The translations under genes and the position numbers were made by a program. From Camelus ferus (taxonomy: Eukaryota), in the NCBI RefSeq assembly GCF_009834535.1, contig NC_045697.1, positions 40,984,001-41,048,000 of the forward strand: 64,000 bases of DNA. The letters run 5' to 3'. Positions 40,162 through 50,830 of this stretch are shown piece by piece (position 1 is the first letter of the stretch; the number at the start of each line of letters is the position of its first letter). The notes below the pieces were generated by a model. The model ran no database searches, was not told the DNA's origin, and saw nothing but the letters and a program-made list of their open reading frames with translations.

Positions 40162-40738
40162 TGCTGCAGAAAAATGTGTTACAGCTCGGTGTTACAGCTC
40201 AATTGTGACAGCAACCCGGATCCGGGCGAGAGACCAAGCAGCACTCACAGAGTTGGAGAACCCAGGTTTATCACACCACCAGACCCAAAGGAGTCAACAC
40301 TCCAAGCTCTGGACCCAGTTGGTAGGTTTACACAGGCCTTTATAGGCTTCAAGTTTTACACTTTGTAACATCGTATGCAAATAAAGTATAACAGAAGTTG
40401 ACCAACCATGAACAAGCTTTGTAGAAATAGACGATTCAGGAGTGAGAGAAATGACCAATCAGGAATGAGCTCCATGCAAATGAAGTACTACAAATGGACC
40501 AATCAGAAGTTAGGGAAGTGGACCAATCAGAAGTGAGAGTAATAACCAATCAGTAGTGAAGGAAATAACCAATCAGAAGTGAGCTCAGGGAACCAATAAA
40601 ATTTTAGGGGTAAGTAAGCTGTTTCAGAGGCAGAAAGTGAGATAGAGCCTCTGGGCCAGGGAACTGGATGATGCCAGCATGAGAGTAATGGCCCTGCTTG
40701 GGGGCCCTGCTGGGTTTCTTATGGGGCTTTCAGCCTCA
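40162..40738 (-). mobile_element. Solo LTR, ERV1-like, with a CCAAT tandem array; nested in an older LTR (~39750-40810)
   Basis: TG...CA termini; 4-bp TSD ccct at 40158-40161 and 40739-40742; TATAAA on the minus strand at 40344-40339. Confidence 0.87.
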
Positions 40739-41159
40739 CCCTTAGTCAATTCTCTGTTGAATTACCACCTGGCATGAGGGTTATTCCTAACTGCATCCTT
40801 ACTAAATCAACATGTTTTACAGATGAGGAAACTCAGAAAGACTGAACAACTTGCCTAATTACTCACAGTTAGTATATTATGGGGGCTCGATGTAGACCAC
40901 GACTGTGAAGTGTATCGAGGTCTATCAAGCTCTCTTGTCTCCCTGAATTTACCATTGCCATATTGAGTCAGCTGCTTTTCGTTTCACAATTATAGGAGCC
41001 TCTGAACTGTTCTCCGTCTCTCTTCTCTCTAATCTGTTCCCCACAGTGCTGCCGTCTGAGTCCTCCTTAAGCATATCTCTGGTCATGAGACGTATCTGGC
41101 AACTGCAAAGAGAATTAAGCTCCGACTCCCCATTCTAGAGTCAAGACTCCCTAGAATAG

Positions 41160-41291
41160 TTTTTGTTTTTTTTTTTTTTTGAGGGGGAGGTAATTAGGTT
41201 ATTTATTTTAATAGAGGTACAGGGGATTGAACCCAGCACCACCTGCATGTTAAGCACATGCGCTACCACTGAGCTGCACCACCACCCACCC
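41160..41291 (-). mobile_element. Vic-1-like SINE
   Basis: polyT, gagggggaggtaattagg, ggggattgaaccc, taccactgagctg. Confidence 0.88.
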
Positions 41292-41570
41292 AGAATACTT
41301 CTTAAATCAGTCTTTTTGCCTTCACTTTTGTTAAATATTTGCTCTGCTGAAAATCTACCCTTGATTTTCACTTCTGTGTCTTTGCTCATACTGTTTCTGT
41401 TGCCTTTAGCTGGAATGCTCTATTTCTACCTTCTGAAATAATCTCTCACTTCTACCTTGTGAAATAATATCTGCCTTTCAAAGGTTATTTATTTATTCAT
41501 TCATTCAACAAACCTGGGAAAGGTACATTCAAGGTCTTCAGGATAGAAAGAAAAACAAATTGTTCTTATC

Positions 41571-41960
41571 TGAGGAAGGGAAATAGCTCAGTGATAGAGT
41601 GCATGCTTAGCATGCATGAGGTCCTGGGTTCAATTCCCAGTACCTCCATTAAAAAAAAAGTAGGAGTTTGGGATTAGCAGATACATATTCCTATATATAA
41701 AATAGATAAAAACAACAACAACAACAACAAAGACCTATCATATAGCACATGGAACTGTATTCAATTTCTTGAAATGAGCTGTAATGGAAAAGAATCTTAA
41801 GAGATATGTATTTATGTACATGTAAAACTGAATCACTTTGCTGTCCACCTGAAACTAACATTGTAAATTGAGTACACTTCAACAAAAAATAAGAATTAAA
41901 AAAAAGTAGGCCTGTCAAAATAAAATCTTTGGTGCATAGAATTTTTTTTTTAAGTATTAA
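41571..41960 (+). mobile_element. Vic-1-like SINE head with a nested L1 3' end (41665-41905)
   Basis: Outer TSD aaattgttcttatc at 41557-41570 and 41961-41974; inner duplication aaaaaaaagtagg flanking L1 3'UTR sequence. Confidence 0.82.
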
Positions 41961-41992
41961 AAATTGTTCTTATCCTCTATGTGTTGACAGAT

Positions 41993-42197
41993 TTTTTTCT
42001 GTGAGGGGCTAGATGGTAAGCATTTTAAGCTTTGTGAATCACACGGCCTCTGTTGTAACTACTCAACTGCCCTTGTAGCACAAAAGCAGCTATAGCTTCT
42101 AAATAAATGAGTAAGTACGACTAACCAACAAAACTTTTTTTTACGAAAACAAGTGGCAAGCTAGATTTGACCCATGGGCTGTAGTTTGCTGACCTGT
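41993..42197. mobile_element. MER58-like hAT MITE
   Basis: ctctgttgtaactactcaactgccc..tgtagcacaaaagcagc...gggctgtagtttgctgacc. Confidence 0.8.
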
Positions 42198-42802
42198 CCT
42201 CTGGAAACTCACATCAAAACAAATGGAAAAGCTAACAGGGAATAATAATGAATAAAACACAGAAAAGAGATGTGGAGAATAAAAGTAGAATTGCCAGCAT
42301 TTATGTAAAAGGAGTCTCAAAAGACAAAATTAGAAAGAATAAGGAAGAGGAGAATATTTTTGAAGAAAAGAGTAAAGTTAAATTTCTCACGACTAATAAA
42401 AAGTGAATGCTTTCAGATCATAAAGTGCCAAAGAGGAGATCAGGAAAAGCCAGACCTAAACATAAAGAGAAAAATCTGAAACTTTCTAGAAAAAGAGAGG
42501 ACACGTGACCTACAAAGGAACAAGAATCATATTGATATTGGACCTCTCGACAGCACACTGGCTGCTGGAAGACAAAGGAGTAATATATGTTAAGTACTAA
42601 AAAAACTTGAGCCTAGAATCTTGCATTCAGTCAAAGTGTCATTCCAATATGAAAGCATAGGAAAAGTGATACTCAGCCTCAGGCATATATGTTCTCAGAA
42701 AATATTCCACAAAAAGATCCACATTGATAACATTTTTGAGGAAGTACAGAAATGAGAAGAAAAATAAAAAGTCCAATTGCGCTTCAACAGTTACCATAAG
42801 TA

Positions 42803-42937
42803 AGGTATAGCTCAAGCAGTAGAGCACATCCTTAGCATGCACGAGGTCCTGGGTTCAATCCCCAGTACCTCCTCTAAAAATAAATAAATAAATATAATTA
42901 CCTTTCTCCCCTGCCTTGAAAAAAAGAGAGAGAGAGA
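42803..42937 (+). mobile_element. Vic-1-like SINE
   Basis: ggtatagctcaagcagtagagcacatccttagcatgcacgaggtcctgggttcaatccccagtacctcc. Confidence 0.9.
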
Positions 42938-44194
42938 TCAGAAGTAAGAGTAGTATATATTTAAGTAAAGCTTGTTGTAGCCTTAAAAAAGAAAAAGCAA
43001 CTGGGGCCAAAGAAAAGAGAGAGAAAATATATCCACTTAAATGCAAAACTAAAATTCTAGATATTATTAATATGATGGATGCCTTGAGGGGAAATGAAAG
43101 GGACAGAAGGACATGCCAGTATATATTTCTTTTGTTAAGGTAATAATATGACAAGTTTAGAAAATAAATAGGGAGAAAATAACTAAGGTTATAGTTGTAT
43201 CAGTCAGGACACAGAAAACACACTGATAATTTATCAGGGAAAATTTAATGTTAAGAGTTGGTTATGCACTAACAAAAAGGTGGTTCAACTTTTCACAAAG
43301 TTAATACAGCTATTGAGAGAGGTAAAAGAAAACCGTAGACTAGCAAATGCAAGCAGCACTCCTACGTCTAAGGTTTAGGGAGAATACCCACTGGAGGAAC
43401 AAACTCGAAACAGGTCCCATCTTCAAGGCAGAGATTCAGACCTCCTTGCAGTGCAGAGCTGGGGTGCAGCCCGCAGCCCAGGGCTGGTCAGCTGGAAGCC
43501 CTCCTCTAGGGTGGTGATAAAATTTGCTGGAGAGTGAGTGCCCCCGGATCCCCATAAGAGACATCACAGAAACAGGAAGATCCAGGAAGAAAAGCCACTG
43601 TTTCTGCCATGCCTTGAGGTGTCCCTCCAGTGCCCTCTGCTGATAAGGCTTAACATCATACCAGCTGGCAAAAGACAGTTGTTCACAGGTCCCACTCCAG
43701 GTGGCTTTGGAGCTGATAAACAGTAAACTGGTAACTGGCATAGTCCTCCTCCATTTTTTTCCCCTACTCAGTACTATTTTGTCAATATTCATCCATGTTC
43801 TGTGTGTATAGTTATCGAATATTCTGCCCAGAGCACACTTCCTTGTTATCTTTTTCTTTTCCTGTTTTTGGGTTGTTTTTACAATTCCGTAAGATGTAGA
43901 AAATGAGTAATAATGCAAACAGTTTTAGCCCATAGAAATGGAAATGAATTGTGTCCAGTGAAATATAATTGATTATTTCCTTATGGTTAGATCATCTTGT
44001 ATCTTTTTGTAAATTCATTCTAGTATTCATCGTTGCTTATGTATGTGTGGTTGTTTGAATTCTTTGATCTGCTTGTAACATCTTACTGGTTTCCTCATTA
44101 ATGAGTGAGTTAAGTAAAACCTCTGACACATATTCATTTTATATTTGTATTAGTTAAAATCTTAACTTTCGAAAATTTATACCTTAAATAAGCC

Positions 44195-44462
44195 AGTCCT
44201 AGAGTAGTCAAGGTCATAGAGGTTGAAAGAATACTGATTGCCTATGGCCTGGGGGAAGGGGGAGCATGGGGAGTTACTATTTAATGGGTACCAATTGTCA
44301 GTTTGGAAGGTGAAAAAGTTCAGGAGATGGATGGTGGTGATGGTTGCACAAAAATGTGAATGTGCTTAATGCCAGTTAGCTGTACATTTAAAAATGGTTA
44401 AAGTGGTAAATTTTGTGTTATATATATTTTACCACAATTTTAAAAAATAAAAATTAAAAAAA
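44195..44462 (+). mobile_element. L1MB-like 3' end
   Basis: tttaatgggta...tgaaaaagttcaggagatggatggtggtgatggttgcaca...aaaatggttaaagtggtaaatttt plus an A tail. Confidence 0.8.
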
Positions 44463-45312
44463 TTATACTGTAACACTGGCTGTATTAGTTACTTCTCAAA
44501 TTCAGTCACAATTCTACTAAATATTCTATTGCCTAAAGACCACATACTAAATTGTAAAGTTAGCTGACAATAATTTGTATGGGAAATAATGGGAAAAAGA
44601 AGGAAACATTTAATATTTACAAATAAACACATACACATAACAAGCAAAGAGAAAATATGCAAAGCTATTACCATCCTTATTTCTGTAACTGGTCATGAGC
44701 CACAGTTGGCCCCCATCTTTTATCACCTATTCTGCATTTCTTTTGCTCTCAGCTGGACGCTTAGGTGGTCAGTTTCCTAATAGAGTGACCTAATTTTCAT
44801 TCTGGAAGCATATCAGTCTTTGATATTCCTGCCTCTTTTTCGTTACATTTCCTTAATTAGTACTTACTGTTGGGCATGGAAGTACTAAGGGATGCCCCAG
44901 GAAATGCCCTGGGTTCCAAATATAGACCTACTGGTCCTCATGGGCTAGCTGCAATCTAAGTTTCTCCTTGGTAGTTGGGATCAATCACTGTATCAGTACA
45001 GAGACCCTTTTTACTACCTGTTACTTTGTGACATAATAAGTCCAAGATGGCCAGGTAGCAGCCTCATCTTCCCATTCAGGGCACTCATTGTTGTGTCCCC
45101 TGGTGGAAGAGTTTCTCCCTTGGGAACAAAGACCTTTAAAGCAGCAAATCTCAGAGTCGCCAGGGTGGGAAGCAAAAATTTGTGAGTGGGTTATTTGATA
45201 CAGTAGAGAGAGATGCCACTCCTATTTACACCCCTTGGTTCTGAATCCATGTGTTCTGGGATGTGGAGGCGATACCACAACATAATAGTCTCTGATTCAA
45301 AGCACATGCAGC

Positions 45313-45335
45313 CCTAATTACTTCCCCTTGCAAAA

Positions 45336-45386
<51 letters not shown>

Positions 45387-45411
45387 AATAAAATAAAATA
45401 AATAAGTGAAA
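45313..45411 (+). repeat. Tail-only Vic-1-like SINE with an expanded (AAAT)n microsatellite
   Basis: cctaattacttcccc plus an (aaat)n run; TSD aaagcaca(t/c)gcagc at 45299-45312 and 45412-45425. Confidence 0.8.
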
Positions 45412-45605
45412 AAAGCACACGCAGCATCTTGCAAAACAGAACCTGTCTTTAAAGGTGTTTTCTCGCAACTGGCACCATCACTGAGTTTTCAGTAAGCAAT
45501 TCCACCTTTACAGCAACCACTTCTAGATGATGGAGTGTGGTAAGACCAGTTTATTCTATAGGTGTCAGTTCACTACTGCGTTTCTATGGCTGTGAAATGA
45601 ATTTT

Positions 45606-45712
45606 CTAATTAGGTTTATTTATTTATTTATTTTTAGCGGAGTTACTGGGAATTGAACCTAGGACCTCAGGCATGCTAAGCACATGCTCTACCACTGAGA
45701 TACACCCTCCCC
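45606..45712 (-). mobile_element. Vic-1-like SINE
   Basis: tactgggaattgaacctaggacc...gcatgctaagcacatgctctaccactgaga. Confidence 0.88.
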
Positions 45713-46401
45713 TTGAAATCAGTTTCTTGATCAGAAGCAATGCCCTGTGGGATACCATGATGGTGGATAGGGCATTCTGTGACTCTACTGATGGATGTCC
45801 TGGCAGAATGATTATGGGTAGACAAGGCATTTGTACCCAGAATATGTGTCTATTCTAATGAGGATGTTTTTTCTGTCCTCTCAACAATGGAAAAGTTCCA
45901 ATGTAATCGGCCTGCTGCTGATCAGGGTGGCTGCTGATCACCCTGAGCAATGGTGCCTTATCAGGGGGCCAGTGATGGTCTCTGCTGTTGGCAGATAAGG
46001 CACTCAGCAGTAGCATTAGCCAGACCAGCCTTGGTAAGGAGAAGTCCATGTTGTGGACTCCATGGCTAGCCTCCATCCCTGACATGACCATTTTGTTCAC
46101 GGGCCACTGAGTAAGCATTGCATGTCTGCAGAAAGAGGTTGTTTGACATCCACAGAGCATGTCATTTGTCCTCTGGATTATTAACAGCCTCCTTTGCAGT
46201 GAATCTCCTTTGGGGAGCATTCACTTAGGTAGACACAAATATCTTTATGATCTGTCCTTTACAAGAAGACCATCAACATTCCTCTTCTCCATATGTCTTT
46301 GTCACCAACCTTTCAATCTGTTTCCTTTCCTAACTATCCAAACAGTTAGCAACCACACATGAATTAGTGTACATACATCTGTCTTCTCACAAAAGCAGAT
46401 A

Positions 46402-46845
46402 TATTAGCTTCCTAGGGCTGCCAAAACAAATGACCACAAATCAGGTGGCTGGGAACAACAGAAGTTTATAGTCTCATAGCTCTGGAGGCTAGGAGTCCTG
46501 AAAACAAAGTGTCAGAGGGCTATGCTCTCTCTGAAGGTTCTAGGGAAGGATTATGTCTCACCTCTTCCTAGCTTCTGGTGTCTGCTGGAAATCCTTGTGT
46601 TCCTCGACTCATAGATGTATCACTCCAGTCTCTGCCTCTGTCATCACGTGGCAATTTCCGTGTGTATCACATCTAAATGTCCCTCTTATAAGGACACCAG
46701 TCATTGGGTTAGGGCCCACCTTAATCCAATAGGACCTCATCCTAACTTGATTACATCTGCAAAGATGCTATTTCCAAGTAAGGCCACGTTCACAGGTTCT
46801 GGGTAGACATGCATTTTGGGGGAGAACACTATTCAACCCAGTACA
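46402..46845 (-). mobile_element. MaLR LTR (MLT1C-like)
   Basis: tagggctgcc...tctggaggctagg...ataaggacaccagtcattgggttagggccc...acatctgcaaaga...attcaacccagtaca. Confidence 0.85.
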
Positions 46846-46939
46846 GCAGACAGTCCTACTGGGAGGGTTTTCCTTCACCACTGTCCCTTAGAGTCATTTC
46901 TGTGAGGAGCTTTGTCTAAGCACATTACCATGAAGTTAA

Positions 46940-48770
46940 AATTTAATTACAAAAGGATAGATGCAATTTTACATATTTGAAACATGTATTTCTGAATAAC
47001 CTTCATGTTAAAAAGGAAAATGCAAAGTAAATTAATACTTGGAAATAAATAGCAATGAAAATAATACATGTAAGTATATATATTTATTAAGAAATAAGAT
47101 AGCTTTAAAATGAAGCAGCTAAGCATTTAACTATGGTATTTGAATAAAAGTAATATCCAAGGAAACAGAAAGGAAGCAAAAAATAAAAATAAATAATACA
47201 AATAAAGGGAAGAAATAAAAGCAACAATATTTTTTAAAAGACAGAAAATATTAAAGAAATATTAAATGAGAGGCAAGTCCATGGCAAAATTGATGAAGAG
47301 AGAGAGAGAGAAACCGCAAATAAATAATAATATGAAAAAATGGAATTAACCACAGTCTCAACAGAAATTAAAACTTAGCAAAGCAGTATTATGAATAATA
47401 TAATATGAAAATAAATATGAAAACCTAAATGAAATGGACAAAACTGAAGAAGAAACACAAAACTGCAAAAATATTGCAAGGAGAAAAAAACTTGACTCGA
47501 TCAATAAATATTAAACAAAACAGAATAAAACCTCCAGGCCTAAATGTTTATACAGAAAATTTCTACCCAAGTTTTAAGGTATAATTAATGTGTAGTTTAT
47601 TCTTATCAGCAAACATGAAAACAAATGGAGAAATCTTAAATATATTCCTTTGAGATCAGGAAAAGGGAAAGAGTGTTCAATATTCCTGGTAATATTTAGT
47701 ATAGAATTACTGGTCTTGACCAATGCTATTAGGAAATTTTGTAAAAGGTGAAGAGATATAAGAGAAAAGACTAAAATGTCATTTTTCCAGATAATATGAT
47801 TATTTATAGAGAACAACCAACAGAAACAAATCATAAACTTATTAGAATAGGAAAGTTGAACAATATTTTTGATACCAGCACAACAGACACAAATTAATTG
47901 CTTTTCTCTACAGCAGCAATAATGAACTAGACAATGTAATTTAAGGAAAGATATCATTTAAAATAGCAGCAATACATCTATGAAGAAAAATGTAAAACTG
48001 CAGTAGAGGACCCAGAGGATGACCGGAACAAGCGAGAGGACATTTCATGCTTTGGGGTGAGATAACAATATCACAGATATTAATGTTCCCCAATTAGTCT
48101 ATAAATCCAATATAAACCCAATCAAAATTGTAGTTGAAAATTTTAAGGAACTTGATAAACTCACAGGGAGGAGTAAAAATTTATAAATACCCCCTCTCCC
48201 ATCACGCACTGCACGTTCGTGGGGAACCTGGCGCTAAACCATTCCTAGACTACCTGCTTCTGGGCTGGGGTTTCTTACATAGCAGAGCATCTCCCTCAGC
48301 CCTTGACACAAGGGTTTGAAAAAGAAAAAAAAAAGAAAAAGAAGAAGGGGAAGGGGAAGGAGGAGAAGGAGAAGAAGAAGAAAGAAAAAAAGTCAATTTA
48401 AAAAATATTTTAAAAATTAAAAAGGAAAAAAATTAAAGTAAAAAACAAAAAAACAAAAAAAAGAAACAACAAGGTTCATAAATAGCTAAGTCAACTTTGG
48501 AAAAGTAGAATAAACAGTAGGTTTTGCCCCGTCAGATATTAGGGCATATTACAAAGCTATAGTAATAAATACTGGGTATTGTTGGCGTTGGAATAGACAG
48601 ACAGATAAATGGCAACTAGACCACCATGTGGAGACAATAAAACTGGATTCCTTCTTAATACTATGTACAAAGGTAAACTACAGACGATTTATGAGCTTAA
48701 ATGTGAAAGACAAAACTGTATATTAATGGAAGAATATGTAGGGGAATTTTATTTTTTGAGCAGGGAACTT
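46940..48770 (+). mobile_element. Old, highly degenerate L1 ORF2 fragment; hosts the 28S retrocopy
   Basis: A-rich with L1 ORF2 motifs (aaacctaaatgaaatggacaaa, ctccaggcctaaatg, attacaaagctatagtaataaa). Confidence 0.7.
48190..48318 (+). pseudogene. Retrocopy of the 3' terminus of 28S rRNA (SINE28-like), followed by an A-rich tail
   Basis: gcacgttcgtggggaacctggcgctaaaccattc...acctgcttctggg...tagcagagca.ctccctc...agccct.gacacaagggtttg matches the recalled last ~150 nt of mammalian 28S rRNA. It ends at the rRNA 3' end and is followed by an A/GA-rich tail (48319 to ~48465). Confidence 0.9.
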
Positions 48771-49948
48771 GGAGGGTGACAGCCAAACATAAACAGTGAC
48801 GGTGAGGATGAATGGTCAGACGGAAGCTATTAAGGAAGTTACCACTGACAGACTCCTTAACCTTCCCTTCCCACGTTTAGAGGAGACAGGTGAAGGGGTA
48901 TAAAATGCACACGCATTGCTATATATTATGTAGTTACGTGTCATAGATTTGTGGCACAGTGTTATAAAGGGGACAAAATTTGGAGCCAAAACCCAAGTTT
49001 AAGTCATGGCTCTTTCACTTACTAAGTGTGACCATGAGCCTTAGTTTTCTTATCTCCATAGAGTGCATGGTCAAAAAAGATAAAACTTGCAATATACAGT
49101 ATGAATGTAGTGCCCAGCACCCGCCCCCTTTCTTTTTTTTACTAGCACATCCTCCTTCCTGTTACAGTTGATCGTTGGTCTATGTATCTGGGAGTCTGCT
49201 TTCTCACTTGCTGTAGATAGGCCAGTTCAAACAGGATTAAACAAAACAAAACAAGAAGAGAAAGGGGGAATTACTAGCTCTTGTAAATGTCAAGTCCATG
49301 AGTAAATCTAACTTCTGGCGGGGCTGAATTCAGGTGCTCAAACGTGTTTCAGGAGGCTGTCCCTCTCCATCTCTTGGCTCTATCCATCATAGGTCTGGTG
49401 TGCCCTGTCTGGTGTTCCCAGCAGTTTCATGATATTATCTTCACAGTTTCAAGAAGAGCCTCTTTTCTGTAAATTCTCACAGAAGTTCTGGGATACGTAA
49501 GCTGGTTGGGTTAATGTGTTTCCTTTTTCATCCTTGAGCCGATCGCTGCAGCCAGGCAAGCGGCACTTGTTTTGATTAGCTTAAGTCAGTATCACGTGGC
49601 CATTCTTAGAATTTAGAATGGAGTCAGGTGCACCCAAACTATGAGTACTAAATGTGGGTTGGGGTAGTTTCCCAAGGAAACACAGGCTTCTGTAATAAAA
49701 GAGGAGAGGAGGAGGTGCTTGGCAAAGAAAAATAAGATATTTATTGTAATATTGCTTCTCTTTCCTTTGTCTTTATTGTTCATTTTGACAAGAGAACCAG
49801 AAACCTGGTGATTAGTTCCTCAGGGAGGAACTTGACTTGAATTCAAGGATGGCTGAGTACATAAGACACCAGGTTGTGTAGAAGAGTAACTTGGAAACTG
49901 GCAAAGTCACTTCCTTGCCTCCTTATTACACAATCAGAGGACTTAAAA

Positions 49949-50830
49949 TTTTTTTATTGAGATACAGTTTATAACATACAATTCACCCATTTACAATGCA
50001 CAATTCAATAGTTTTTTGTAATTCAGAGTTGTGCCACCATCATCACGATCAATTTTAGAACATTTCATCATCTATGTACCCTTTAGGAATCACTTCTCCC
50101 CTTAATTCCCCCACCCCCACCAGCCTTAGACAGCCATTAATTTACTTTTTGCCTCTATAGATTTTCCTATTCTGGATATTTAACATAAATGGAATAATGT
50201 AACATGTGATCTTTTGTGACAATATCTTTCACTTAGCACAATATTTTCAAGGTTCATCTGTATTGTAGGACATATCAGTACTTCATTCCATTTTATGGCT
50301 GAATAATATTCCATTGTGTAGATATACCACATTTTAAAAAGTCCCATTCATTAGTTTATGGACATGTGTGTTATTTCCACATTTGGGAGTTGTTTTTAAG
50401 TGAAAATAAGTTTTCATTTCTAAGGGTAGACTTTCTGGGTCAAATGGTAACATTATGATTAATTTTTTGAGGAACTGCCAGACTGTTTTCAGCAAGGGTG
50501 TATAAAGGTTCCAACTTCTCTACATCCTAGACAGATCTTTCTATCACCTGTCCTTTTAAAAATTACAGCCATGTAAGTAAATGTTAGGTAGTATCTTGTG
50601 GTTTTGATTTGTATTTCCTTAATGGCTAATGATGTTGAGCATCCTTTCCTGTACTTTACTGGCCATTTGTTTATCTTCATTGGAAGAAGGTCTTTGTGGA
50701 TATATATATAATTTTCAATAATTTTTTCCCATTCTGTGGGTTGTCTTTTCGTTTTCTTGACAGTGTCATTTGAAGTACAAATATAAAATTTTGATGAAGT
50801 CCAATTTATCTATTTTTTTTTATTACCTGA
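49949..50830 (-). mobile_element. L1M (L1MB/MA-like) 3' region
   Basis: tattctggatatt...ttcacttagcaca...caaggttcatc...aggaactgccagactgttttc...atggctaatgatgttgagcatc. Confidence 0.85.

Larger units (their letters stand above)
44480..46380 (-). mobile_element. Degenerate ERV-L internal region (pol/integrase remnant)
   Basis: Minus-strand translations QADYIGTFPLLRGQ (~45870-45915) and ECPIHHHGIPQGIASDQET (~45720-45778) resemble ERV-L integrase WQVDYIGPLP and LIHRHGIPHSIASDQGTHF. Broken by frameshifts and SINE insertions. Confidence 0.8.

Noticed and set aside
40440..40600. Regularly spaced repeats as a CRISPR-like array
   Set aside because: Eukaryotic context; degenerate ~23-bp tandem units without unique spacers, inside an LTR U3 region.
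48190..48318. Functional rRNA gene
   Set aside because: Only the last ~130 nt are present, with CpG decay, an internal deletion, an A tail and no rDNA context.
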